Positions 22,401-30,749 of a stretch of 64,000 bases of DNA are shown here, in pieces; position 1 is the first letter of the stretch, and each line of letters begins with the position of its first letter. This DNA is from Bacteroidales bacterium (GTDB lineage: Bacteria > Bacteroidota > Bacteroidia > Bacteroidales > VadinHA17): assembly GCA_038245405.1 (NCBI GenBank), contig JBBRSO010000001.1:9199-73198 (forward strand). Reading direction: 5' to 3'. A program made the translations under genes and the position numbers. The notes under the pieces are model-generated. The model was not told where the DNA came from. It did no database searches and was given only the letters and a program-made list of their open reading frames with translations.

Positions 22401-25191
22401 TCTTGTCAGGCAACTTGTACAGGCACATGCCTATTGGCGATTAAAAGGTCTTGCAGTGGATCTGGTAATCTGGAATGAAGATAATGCTGGTTACCGTCAA
22501 TTACTCAATGATCAGATAATGGGATTGATAGCGGCCGGAATGGAAGCCAACACCATAGACAGGCCGGGTGGCATATTCGTACGGCTTGCCGATCATATTT
22601 CCGTTGAAGACAGGATATTAATACAAACTGTTGCCCGTGTTATCATAAGTGACAGAAGGGGTACTCTGGCTGAACAAGTCAACCGCCGGCCCTTCGCTGA
22701 AGCTCAGATTCCATTATTTAAACCTGTGCGTTTATCTAAAATCCAGACAAATTCTGAGCAACTAGTCCTTAAGAAATCTTCTGAACTAAAATTCTTCAAT
22801 GGTATGGGGGGATTTACTCAGGATGGACAGGAGTATGTTATTACCACATCGGATGATAAAACAACACCTGCCCCTTGGGTTAATGTTCTGGCAAACCCAC
22901 GATTCGGAAGTGTCATCTCTGAGAATGGATCAGCATATACATGGAGCGAAAATGCACACGAGATACGCCTTACACCCTGGAACAATGACCCTGTTGCAGA
23001 TTCTGGCGGTGAGGCAATGTATCTAAGGGATGATGAGAATGGAAATTTCTGGTCGCCAGCTCCTTTTCCAAGGTGTGGGACAAAAGATTATATTAGCCGA
23101 CATGGATTTGGTTACAGCGTTTTTGAACACCTTGAAGACGGAATCCGATCCGAACTTACTGTTTACGTAGCAATGGATGCTCCGGTAAAGTTCTCAGTAT
23201 TAAAAATAAAAAATGAATCAGGAAGGCAACGCAGACTTTCTGTAACAGGTTACGTTGAATGGGTTTTAGGAGATTTGCGACCGAAATCAGCTATGCACAT
23301 TTCCACTCTTATTGAATCCAATAGTGGGGCCATATTTGCCAAAAACCCATACAATGCCGAATTTGGAGAAAGAATCGCATTTTTTCATACTGACGACACT
23401 TATCAGACTGTTACCTGCGACAGGACTGAGTTCATTGGCCGGAACAGAAGTCTTAATAATCCTTCTGCATTGACACACTCACAACTTTCCGGAAAAGCAG
23501 GATCAGCAATGGATCCCTGTGCCGCATTACAAGTAACCTTCGATCTGGCAGATAAAGCTGATCGTGAGATAATTTTCAGGCTCGGTGTCGGAAGAAATGC
23601 AGAAGATGCACGTAAAATATTGAATCAATCTTCCGGACCGGCTGCAGCCCGTAATGCTCTGGAATCAGTAAATAAGTTCTGGAATCACACTCTCAGTTCG
23701 ATTCAAATAGAATCACCTGACAGTTCACTTAATATGCTGGCAAATGGTTGGCTATTGTATCAAACCCTTACATGCAGAATGTGGGCAAGAAGCGGATTTT
23801 ACCAATCGGGTGGAGCATTCGGATATCGCGATCAATTGCAGGACTCCATGGCATTGCTGCTCTCAGTTCCTCACCTGGTAAGAGATCATTTGCTGCTTTG
23901 TGCCAGCCGTCAGTTCAAAGAGGGCGATGTACAGCACTGGTGGCATCCGCCAACAGGAAGGGGAGTACGGACACATTGCTCGGACGATTATTTATGGCTG
24001 CCTCTTGTTGTGAGCCGTTATGTTCAGCAGACCGGAGATACAGGGATACTTGATGAAAAGGTTCACTTTCTGGAAGGCAAAGCTTTAAAACCGGAAGATG
24101 ACTCATATTATGACCTTCCAAACAGATCAGAAGAGGTAGCCAGTTTATATGATCATTGTGTGCGCGCAATTGACCTGGGCCTAAAATTCGGAGTACACGG
24201 CCTGCCATTTATGGGAACGGGTGACTGGAACGATGGTATGAATTTGGTTGGGAAAGAGGGACAAGGCGAAAGTGTCTGGTTAGGATTCTTCTTATATGAA
24301 GTACTTAAGCAGTTTGGAAGGATTGCTGAGATAAAAGGAGAGCCGACATTCGTAGAACAGTGCAAAAAGGAAGCTGCCAAACTTCAGGAGAATATTGAGA
24401 AAAATTCATGGGACGGAGAATGGTACCTGCGTGCCTGGTTCGATAACGGACAACTACTTGGATCTGCGACAAATCCTGAATGTCAGATTGATTCAATAGC
24501 TCAAAGCTGGTCGATATTGTCAGGCGCGGGTGAACCAGGTCGCTCACGGGTTGCCATGGAATCACTAAATAAGCACCTGGTAAACCGTGACAAAGCTTTC
24601 ATCCAACTCTTAAATCCGCCATTTGACAAGTCGGATATGAATCCTGGTTATATAAAAGGTTATGTACCGGGAGTCAGAGAAAATGGAGGACAATATACAC
24701 ATGCAGCAATATGGGCTGCCATGGCGTATGCAAAATTGGGAGATAGACGTAAGGCCTGGGATCTTCTTAACATTATTAATCCGGTTAATCATTCTTCTTC
24801 TGTGGATGGTAATGCAATTTATAAAGTAGAACCCTACGTTGTCGCAGCGGATGTATATGCTGTTTCACCCCACGTTGGGCGTGGAGGCTGGACCTGGTAT
24901 ACGGGTTCGGCAGGGCTTTTGTACAGACTTATAACTGAATCACTTCTGGGGATCAGGCTTGAATCAGATAAGCTCTTTATTGAGCCATGTATACCAGCTG
25001 AATGGAATGAGTTCTCCATTCATTACCGCTACAGGGACACTATTTATCAACTATCAGTAACTTCTGAATCAAATGTTGCAAGAGACATAAGTATAAATGT
25101 CGATGGGAATGAGTTACAAGATCAATGCATTCATCTTATTAATGACCTTAAAAATCATAAAGTAATTGTTAAAATAAAGAAAGTTATTTAA
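16468..25191 (+). CDS. cgs: Cyclic beta-1,2-glucan synthase-like giant protein (GT84-like glycosyltransferase, central glucan-binding/cyclisation region, C-terminal GH94 phosphorylase-like domain)
   Basis: 2907 aa. Hydrophobic TM blocks at roughly aa 430-480 and 830-1000. GT motifs ITLDTDTQLPRD and RRHRWIRGDWQ. C-terminal YQSGGAFGYRDQLQD and GGQYTHAA segments typical of the GH94 (cellobiose/cellobionic acid phosphorylase-like) fold. Length and order match Cgs/NdvB/ChvB. Confidence 0.85.
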   Translation: MKVSSTIINESLVRLKTDLFKTGFSKKYIGEPPLRSELFSSDQMESHGKKLAASHTIGPDITPDQYLLTRLAENEDVLIQVRNIVTESVKAKRQITPAGEWLLDNFYLIEEHIHTGKRHLPKGYSRELPRLLNGLSKGLPRVYDIAIETISHGDGRVVPESLSLFVIAYQSVSPLKLGELWAIPIMLRIALIENLRRVATRIAYSSIDRDLADTWADQLMETTEKDPKNLILVIADMARSKPPMTTSFVSEFARRLQGQSSALALPLTWLEQQLSESGLTIERQIQIGNQQLTADQLSISNSIDSLRFLGSMDWKEFVEKTSIIEQILRTDPGGYYSHMDFATRDHYRHIIEKIAKHSTLSEGEVAAKAISLASQKASATSKNDRTAHIGYFLIDKGLPELEKAVEARYSVLKALKRVTGRNNFLVFIGSILILTGLLTWGLLSKSYSEGVHGWQLGLMGILLALCSSHLAIPLINWLATLLATPKPLPRMDFSHGIPAGSRTLVVIPSMLLNKENIDELIEGIEVRFLANRDKNLHFALLTDFKDSDKKDLPEDQSLLRLASEKIEDLNEKYRDIKSQTFFLFHRPRQWNNSEQLWMGYERKRGKLSELNSFLRGGTENNFLKITGNTEILSEVKYVITLDTDTQLPRDSARQFAGTMSHPLNLAIYNETKHRVCEGYGILQPRVAISLPLSNMSAYARLYGSEPAIDPYTRTVSDVYQDVFGEGSFIGKGIYDVDIFNQVFEARFPENKILSHDLLEGCYARSGLISDVQLFEEYPSNYYSDVKRRHRWIRGDWQIIRWLFPRVPVLHGRMQKNPLSMLSRWKIFDNLRRSLTPIALTILLLLGWSFLHNALFWTMVVIGIIIIPSVSISVLDLFNKQKDEFLQQHIITSTRSAGRHFAQAAFMFACLPYEAYYSLDAIFRTLWRLIFSHRRLLEWSLTGKADRTKRPGLIAIYRSMWIAPAVSLVSIVSLAISQPIMLALVWPILALWSAAPFISWWISLTFSHHKTKLSGYQIMFLRELSRKTWGFFEAFVGADDNWLPPDNYQENPDPVIAHRTSPTNMGLALLANLTAYDFGYIPTGQLIERTANAFSTMGKMARFKGHFFNWYDTKTLSPLHPPYISSVDSGNLSGYLMILQPGLLSLPDHKILDQNLFAGIDDTLRILLGLTEKNSMASMIKFRKQLKVLTESQIPSLISFYNILIALSASAQEVRESFVTKEDSQEFWWADSLYCQCKNFLDELIFLAPWILLPSFSDNQIKFPALGQIPTLREISDFEIGILPEIRSSINPDSKPETIQEINELALSLANAVVRAKERIEIIGNLAAISNEFTHIEYDFLYDKVRHLLSVGYNVDERRRDSSYYDLLASEARFASFVGIAQGQIPQESWFALGRLLTSNGGDPVLLSWSGSMFEYLMPLLVMPTYENTLLHQTYETSVKRQIEYGKRRGTPWGISESGYNTVDVHLNYQYRAFGVPGTGLKRGLAEDLVIAPYASMLALMVNPDEACKNLERLAKNNMIGKFGFYEAIDFTPSRLPRGQSSIIIHSFMAHHEGMSLLSMAYLILDRPMQKRFESDQMFKATMLLLQERIPKATAFYSYTSGVSDIQSFSSTADMPVRVLKTSDTQIPEVHLLSNGRYHVMVTNAGGGYSNWKDLSVTRWHEDSTCDNWGSFCYIRDLKTKDFWSNSFQPTQKKPENYEAIFSKGRAEFRRRDNDLDTHTEIVVSPEDDIELRRVRITNRSRIRRLIDVTSYAEVVLTSAVSDTIHPAFSNLFVQTEILNQQQAILCTRRPRSIDERVPWMFHQMTVHGAETGEVTFETDRMQFIGRGKSVVSPQAMTGIESLSGSQGSVLDPIVSIRFKLTLEPEESVKIDIVTGIGETRDAALSLIDKYLDRRLANRVFELAWTYSQVILRQINATETDAQLYGRLASSIIYANSSLRAESGTIVKNRRGQSGLWGYSISGDLPIVLLKIEDPGNINLVRQLVQAHAYWRLKGLAVDLVIWNEDNAGYRQLLNDQIMGLIAAGMEANTIDRPGGIFVRLADHISVEDRILIQTVARVIISDRRGTLAEQVNRRPFAEAQIPLFKPVRLSKIQTNSEQLVLKKSSELKFFNGMGGFTQDGQEYVITTSDDKTTPAPWVNVLANPRFGSVISENGSAYTWSENAHEIRLTPWNNDPVADSGGEAMYLRDDENGNFWSPAPFPRCGTKDYISRHGFGYSVFEHLEDGIRSELTVYVAMDAPVKFSVLKIKNESGRQRRLSVTGYVEWVLGDLRPKSAMHISTLIESNSGAIFAKNPYNAEFGERIAFFHTDDTYQTVTCDRTEFIGRNRSLNNPSALTHSQLSGKAGSAMDPCAALQVTFDLADKADREIIFRLGVGRNAEDARKILNQSSGPAAARNALESVNKFWNHTLSSIQIESPDSSLNMLANGWLLYQTLTCRMWARSGFYQSGGAFGYRDQLQDSMALLLSVPHLVRDHLLLCASRQFKEGDVQHWWHPPTGRGVRTHCSDDYLWLPLVVSRYVQQTGDTGILDEKVHFLEGKALKPEDDSYYDLPNRSEEVASLYDHCVRAIDLGLKFGVHGLPFMGTGDWNDGMNLVGKEGQGESVWLGFFLYEVLKQFGRIAEIKGEPTFVEQCKKEAAKLQENIEKNSWDGEWYLRAWFDNGQLLGSATNPECQIDSIAQSWSILSGAGEPGRSRVAMESLNKHLVNRDKAFIQLLNPPFDKSDMNPGYIKGYVPGVRENGGQYTHAAIWAAMAYAKLGDRRKAWDLLNIINPVNHSSSVDGNAIYKVEPYVVAADVYAVSPHVGRGGWTWYTGSAGLLYRLITESLLGIRLESDKLFIEPCIPAEWNEFSIHYRYRDTIYQLSVTSESNVARDISINVDGNELQDQCIHLINDLKNHKVIVKIKKVI

Positions 25192-25213
25192 AACAATACA
25201 GGATTATGTTTTT

Positions 25214-26647
25214 TTATAAACTTTTAACTTCATTAACCAGGCTCTGGAGGGTGCTTTTTGCATCTCCAAAAAGCATCTTTGTCTTATCATTGTAAAATAG
25301 CATGTTTTCGATTGCAGCATATCCCTTCCCCATCCCACGTTTCATCACAATGATGTTTTTCGCGTCGCGGGCTTTAATGATTGGCATGCCGTAGATAGGA
25401 CTTGAAGGATCATCTTCCGCTGCCGGATTGACGACATCATTAGCACCAATAACTACAAGAACATCTGTATTTGGGAGATCAGGGTTTATTACTTCACTTT
25501 CAATAAGCTGTTCGTAAGGAACATCAGCTTCTGCCAGCAGAACGTTCATATGTCCGGGCATACGACCGGCAACGGGATGAATAGCATATTTTACTTCAAC
25601 CCCTTTTTCCTCAAGCAGCTTATCGAGTTCATGACATATGTGTTGTGCCTGAGCTACTGCCAGACCATACCCGGGAACAATAACCACTTTTTTGGAATAT
25701 CCCAGCAAGACAGCTGCATCAGATATTGAGATTTCTTTTATGGAACCTGTCACATTCTCATGAGTAGCTCCACCGCCGCCAAAAACACCAACGATTACAT
25801 TCAGCAATGACCGGTTCATAGCTTTGCACATAAGAATAGTTAGAATTGTTCCGGCCGATCCAACAAGGATACCACCAGTGAGCATAACCTGGTTATTGTA
25901 TAAAAAGCCACCCATTGATGCTGCTACACCTGTGAAGGAGTTTAACAAAGAAATCACTACGGGCATATCGGCGCCCCCGATTGGAAGGACAAACAATACT
26001 CCGTATATTGCTGAAACAATAAACATAATATATATCAGGTAGGTAAGCTGGCTGATTGATTCAACATGACGTGTCATAATAAAAACTATGAATCCTATAA
26101 GTACGGCGAGAATAGTCAGATTCACATATTTCATGGCTTTTATCCTCATATCGCCAATCCATCCATCGAGTTTTCCAAAAGCAATCATACTTCCTGCCCA
26201 TGAAATAGTACCTATCATCAGTCCAACTAATATTGCAAGCACGTATCCGTTAGCCATGCCGCTTTTAGCAATCTGCACGGGACTAATATGCTGAAACTCG
26301 ATGATTGAAATAAGCGCTGCTGCTGCGCCTCCCATACCATTAAAAAAAGACACCAGCTGTGGCATAGCAGTCATCTTAACTTTTTTTGCTATTGCCCATC
26401 CGATAAATGTTCCTATTGTAATCGCAATTAATATATATACTACGTTACCGATTGGTTTACCATCTTTCTGATGAAACAGTATTGTAACAATTATTGCGAG
26501 GGCCATGCCCACAGCGGCAAGTGAATTTCCCCTGCGGGCGGTAAGAGGATGGCTCAGCATTTTAAGACCTAAAATGAACAATACTGATGCAATAAGATAT
26601 GATAATTCGAGTATTGTGATCCCGGCTAATTGAGGTAATTGTTCCAT
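25214..26647 (-). CDS. pntB: NAD(P) transhydrogenase subunit beta
   Basis: Polytopic N-terminal half. C-terminal dIII NADP(H) domain (VPGYGLAVAQAQH, HPVAGRMPGHMNVLLAEA, GANDVVNPAA). Confidence 0.92.
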   Translation of the reverse strand: MEQLPQLAGITILELSYLIASVLFILGLKMLSHPLTARRGNSLAAVGMALAIIVTILFHQKDGKPIGNVVYILIAITIGTFIGWAIAKKVKMTAMPQLVSFFNGMGGAAAALISIIEFQHISPVQIAKSGMANGYVLAILVGLMIGTISWAGSMIAFGKLDGWIGDMRIKAMKYVNLTILAVLIGFIVFIMTRHVESISQLTYLIYIMFIVSAIYGVLFVLPIGGADMPVVISLLNSFTGVAASMGGFLYNNQVMLTGGILVGSAGTILTILMCKAMNRSLLNVIVGVFGGGGATHENVTGSIKEISISDAAVLLGYSKKVVIVPGYGLAVAQAQHICHELDKLLEEKGVEVKYAIHPVAGRMPGHMNVLLAEADVPYEQLIESEVINPDLPNTDVLVVIGANDVVNPAAEDDPSSPIYGMPIIKARDAKNIIVMKRGMGKGYAAIENMLFYNDKTKMLFGDAKSTLQSLVNEVKSL

Positions 26648-26668
26648 AAGTAAGGCTATATTCAGATA

Positions 26669-26974
26669 TTATGGTTTCCTCTTTTTAAACATCTCCAACA
26701 TCCTGTCAGTTACCACAAAGCCGCCCACAACGTTTAGCGTTCCGAGTACTACTGCCACAAATCCCAGGATCATTGAACCTGTTGTCTCGGCATGACCCAT
26801 CACAATTATTGCCCCGATAATCACAACTCCATGAATTGCATTAGCACCTGACATAAGCGGTGTATGCAAAATAGCAGGAACGTGGCTTATCATTTCAACG
26901 CCAAGAAATATCGACAGGATCACTATGAAGATAATCTCTCTGTGCATTACAAAAAAATTCAGGATATTTTCCAT
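26669..26974 (-). CDS. pntAB: NAD(P) transhydrogenase subunit alpha, membrane part 2
   Basis: 101-aa three-helix membrane protein between pntAA and pntB (SGANAIHG motif). Confidence 0.85.
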   Translation of the reverse strand: MENILNFFVMHREIIFIVILSIFLGVEMISHVPAILHTPLMSGANAIHGVVIIGAIIVMGHAETTGSMILGFVAVVLGTLNVVGGFVVTDRMLEMFKKRKP

Positions 26975-26982
26975 AATTTGAT

Positions 26983-28113
26983 TTATTTAATATTCAGAAG
27001 CTGTTTAACTCTCACACTTATATATTCTCCAGCATGAACTGCAGTAGTTCCGTTAATAATATCATCCTGCAGGTTCAGATTAAACTTTCCTTCTTTATCT
27101 AACATTATCTTCAACAGATTTATAATATTGCATCCGAACATTTTACTCGCATCAGAAGACATATCCGAAGCGAAATCAGTTTTTCCGATAATGTTCACTC
27201 CATTTATTTTCACATTTTCCCCATTCTCGGTTAATTCGCAATTACCGCCTGTAGAAGCTGCAAGATCGACTATCACTGATCCGGGTTTCATAGAATGTAC
27301 CGTCTGGCTGGTTATCAAAACAGGTGCTTTCCTGCCGGGAATCTGTGCAGTGGCAATTATTACATCAGATAATATTGCACGTTGCTGTATAAGTTCCTGT
27401 TGTTTCCTTTTGAACTCTTCAGTCTGTTCAACTGCGTAGCCTCCGGCAGCACTGTCTTCACTGGCCCCTACAACCTCTATAAACTTCCCTCCAAGGCTCT
27501 TAACTTCCTCTTTAACAGCCGATCTAACATCGAATACCTCAACCACAGCTCCGAGTTTTCTGGCAATTGCAAGTGCCTGTAAACCAGCAACGCCTGCACC
27601 CAGGATAAGTACCCGTGAGGGTTTGATAGTCCCGGCTGCTGACATAAACATTGGAAAGAATCGAGGCAATAATGAGGCAGCTTCAAGCACAGCTTTATAT
27701 CCTGCGACAATCGCCATTGAGGAGAGAATGTCCATAGACTGCGCCCTTGAAGTTCGTGGGATAAGATCAAGAGCAAGAACAGATAGTCCCTGAAGACGCG
27801 CTTTTTCAAGCCAGCTTCTGTTTATCACTGGATTAAGTACAGAACAAAGAACCTGTCCTTCCCTGAAAGATTTAATATCGTCTTCAACCGGCGGATTCAC
27901 TGACAGCAACAGTTCCGATTCTGCTATCAGCTTTTTACGGTCAGAGATTCTGGCACCAATCTTTTCGTACGCAGAATCGGGGGCGAAGGCACGATCACCT
28001 GCATTTGATTCAACAATCACATCGATGCCCATGTTTTTCAGTGTCCCAACTTCAGCGGGTAGTAATGCTACCCTGTTTTCATTTCCAATTTCTTTGAGGA
28101 CGCCTACTACCAT
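26983..28113 (-). CDS. pntAA: NAD(P) transhydrogenase subunit alpha part 1 (dI, alanine dehydrogenase-like)
   Basis: E..E.RVALLP, QSMDILSSMA..AGY and VLILGAGVAGLQA motifs. I prefer the start at MVVGVLKE (28113); the longest ORF runs to 28197. Confidence 0.88.
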   Translation of the reverse strand: MVVGVLKEIGNENRVALLPAEVGTLKNMGIDVIVESNAGDRAFAPDSAYEKIGARISDRKKLIAESELLLSVNPPVEDDIKSFREGQVLCSVLNPVINRSWLEKARLQGLSVLALDLIPRTSRAQSMDILSSMAIVAGYKAVLEAASLLPRFFPMFMSAAGTIKPSRVLILGAGVAGLQALAIARKLGAVVEVFDVRSAVKEEVKSLGGKFIEVVGASEDSAAGGYAVEQTEEFKRKQQELIQQRAILSDVIIATAQIPGRKAPVLITSQTVHSMKPGSVIVDLAASTGGNCELTENGENVKINGVNIIGKTDFASDMSSDASKMFGCNIINLLKIMLDKEGKFNLNLQDDIINGTTAVHAGEYISVRVKQLLNIK

Positions 28114-28216
28114 AAGTTTAATGTTTGAAGATGAAGTGCCTTTTGCTTCAACAAAATTTGTTAGCAATATAATAAACAATTGCTTTTCTGCATTCAATTA
28201 GATACAAAAATGAAAC

Positions 28217-30619
28217 TCATCGGGTGACTTTGACAAGTGAGACTTCCAAAACCAACGTTTCCCCCGGCGATATCACAAAGCGTTTCTGACCAGCAGTTTC
28301 CTTGCCATAATATGCCGATTTTTTCCCATAACCCAGTTCCGGCGGGATTACAATCAACCTCTTCTCTCCTGCTGTCATATCTTTTAAAGCCTCATCAAGA
28401 CCTTTCACTAATCCATCTTTCCCAATGAGGTGTGAAAAACTGGTGCCTTTCAGACCTTTCACTGGCTTGCCATCATCTGCAGAACTTGCAAATTCCAAAC
28501 CGCTTATCAACCTGCCTTCATATCTGGCAATAATTTCGGAACCATCTGACGGTTTATTTCCCGAACCTGGGACAAGTATTTTATATCTCAATCCGTCGGG
28601 GAGCAAAGTCAGTCCCGGATATCTGGCAGAGATAAACTTCGCGTCTTCAGATTTTTTAAGTTCCGCTTCACGATTTATCAATTTCCATTGTTTATCAACC
28701 ATTGCCTTGAATGTTTCGTCATTCACAATAAATTTTTCGGCATCGGCACCTGCCCTGACTATAGTAACAGATAGAGTGGTATCGCCCTGGACGATCTTAT
28801 TCACTACATCCATTCCGTCAACCACTTCTCCAAAAAGTGTATAGTTGTCATCGAGGTATGAGCGTTCGGCAAGAGTGATATAATATTCACATGTATTAGT
28901 ATTAGGGCCGCCATTAGCCATCCCTATCATTCCTGCCTTGTTATGTCTGAGTGAAGTAATTTCGTTAGGGATCTCATATCCTGTAGAATTGATATCGGCT
29001 GTTGCAGGGTCTTCTACTGTTGATGGTTCACCGCCCTGGATAACATGTCCTTTTACCACTCTGTGCCAGATCGAGCCTTTAAAAAATGGCGTTCCCAACG
29101 GATAGGTTGCATTTGAGATTGTACCGTCAGCCAGACCAATAAAATTTGCGACTGTCATCGGAGCCTTTTTATAGTCGAGCAATACTGAAATTTTTCCTTT
29201 GCTGGTATTAAAATCTGCATAGATTCCATCGGGCAGAAAGTTGTCATCTCTTGGGAGGAGATGGTTAAGATTAGCGACACCGTATGCAATAACTGCAGTC
29301 ACCATCGACGAATACTCTTCGTATTGTGGTATTATCTCATCGTAAGTATCGAGAGTGGTATGCCAGGTACGTCCATACACCTGCTCACCTTTTGTACTGA
29401 ATCCGAATGCAGGCACTTCTTTCTGTAGAAATGAAAAAGTATCCGTACTGCCCCGGCCTCCTTTTCTTAAGGGTTTTGTTCGTTCTGTAAGCTCAAACGG
29501 GTATTTTGCGTTGAGCTTCAGAACTGGTTTTGTAACTTGCAGAAAATCAGGCATCATTGCTTTTGATACTGATAATCCTGTTATGCAGTTTGTTCCGCCG
29601 TCGCGATTAAAAACCGCAGATATTCGTGGAAGCTTATCCGGATTTTGATTCACCCACGCAGCTGATCCAAGCAGACCATATTCTTCCCCTGCCCATAAAT
29701 GAACCATTATTGTACGTCTGGGCTTACCTCCGGATGCCAGAATGAGACGTGCTGATTCCATTGCAACTGTTGCACCCGAGGCATTATCGACAGCTCCTGA
29801 ACCTCCGTCAAATCCGTCGAGATGACCACCAAGGATGACATATTCATCGGGCAATTCAGATCCCGGGATCCAGCCTATTACATTATGATATTTTACCGGT
29901 CCGGGTCTGAAATAATTTCTTATATCAAATTCAAGGACAACTCTTTTACCTGCTGAGACAAGGTCCCTTATTTGATTATATTGTTTATCTATGAGCTTAA
30001 TATCGGGAAGAGTAGGAAGATGTTCCCATGAATCAACTTTCTGATATAATAGTCTGATCGGAAAAGCAGATAGCTGGATTGTACCCAGGGCGCCTGCCTC
30101 ACGCATAAGACGAGTCAGTTCAGTTTCTCCTGCCCTGTCACGAGGCCATCCTGTATTAGTGCCATCGATCATAACCCATGCATCTTTTATGCTATCGCGC
30201 AGCTTCCAGAATTCTTCCACAGTTTTGGGTGACATGATAACATGACCTTTCTGCCGGCCTTTTGTTCCTGAAGTATAGGAAGGAGTTCCGAAATCAAGAG
30301 TGATTTCCGTTGGTGATAACAATTTCCCGAACCAGGCGCCGCGATTGAAACCAACTGGCAATTCTCCCGCTTCCTGCATCTCTGCCATCATACCCCATGA
30401 ACGCATTGTGTTTACTGCCCATACACATGCGCTGTAGTAGCCATTGGACCCAATAATCCGGTCGCCAAACCGGTTTGTAAGGTAATCGATGTGTTCCATG
30501 ACCTTGTTATCGTTTTTTCCAAGGTCAATGATTTTGTCAACAACAGGGTCGTTTTGAGCAACGGCTGAAAGTGTGATTATTAAAAAACAATTCAGTAATA
30601 AAATTTTAAAAAAACTCAT
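28217..30619 (-). CDS. Secreted triple fusion: M28 zinc aminopeptidase, cyclophilin-type PPIase and FKBP-type PPIase
   Basis: Signal peptide. M28 ligand context (GGHLDGFDGGSGAVDNASG, HLWAGEEYGLLGS). Cyclophilin core (TVANFIGLA, FHRVVKGHVIQGG, GMIGMANGGPNTNTCEYYITL, LFGEVVDGMDVV). C-terminal FKBP (RYEGRLISG.EF..S, GLDEAL..M..GEKR...IPPELGYG). Confidence 0.8.
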   Translation of the reverse strand: MSFFKILLLNCFLIITLSAVAQNDPVVDKIIDLGKNDNKVMEHIDYLTNRFGDRIIGSNGYYSACVWAVNTMRSWGMMAEMQEAGELPVGFNRGAWFGKLLSPTEITLDFGTPSYTSGTKGRQKGHVIMSPKTVEEFWKLRDSIKDAWVMIDGTNTGWPRDRAGETELTRLMREAGALGTIQLSAFPIRLLYQKVDSWEHLPTLPDIKLIDKQYNQIRDLVSAGKRVVLEFDIRNYFRPGPVKYHNVIGWIPGSELPDEYVILGGHLDGFDGGSGAVDNASGATVAMESARLILASGGKPRRTIMVHLWAGEEYGLLGSAAWVNQNPDKLPRISAVFNRDGGTNCITGLSVSKAMMPDFLQVTKPVLKLNAKYPFELTERTKPLRKGGRGSTDTFSFLQKEVPAFGFSTKGEQVYGRTWHTTLDTYDEIIPQYEEYSSMVTAVIAYGVANLNHLLPRDDNFLPDGIYADFNTSKGKISVLLDYKKAPMTVANFIGLADGTISNATYPLGTPFFKGSIWHRVVKGHVIQGGEPSTVEDPATADINSTGYEIPNEITSLRHNKAGMIGMANGGPNTNTCEYYITLAERSYLDDNYTLFGEVVDGMDVVNKIVQGDTTLSVTIVRAGADAEKFIVNDETFKAMVDKQWKLINREAELKKSEDAKFISARYPGLTLLPDGLRYKILVPGSGNKPSDGSEIIARYEGRLISGLEFASSADDGKPVKGLKGTSFSHLIGKDGLVKGLDEALKDMTAGEKRLIVIPPELGYGKKSAYYGKETAGQKRFVISPGETLVLEVSLVKVTR

Positions 30620-30680
30620 CTCTGGTCAGATTTATGGTTTTATATGTTTATCCTAATTTATTATTCCTTTTACCTCCTTG

Positions 30681-30749
30681 CAACCCCCAACCCCCTGAAG
30701 GGGGCTTGAAATCAAGATTCTGGTGGTTCTTAAACCCCCTTTAGGGGGC
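30681..30749. repeat. C5/G5 double-hairpin intergenic element, copy 1
   Basis: GCAACCCCCAACCCCC-tgaa-GGGGGC ... CCCCC-ttta-GGGGG. Same architecture and shared ends as 46595-46662. It overlaps the last codons and stop of the DPP-IV ORF. Confidence 0.6.
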
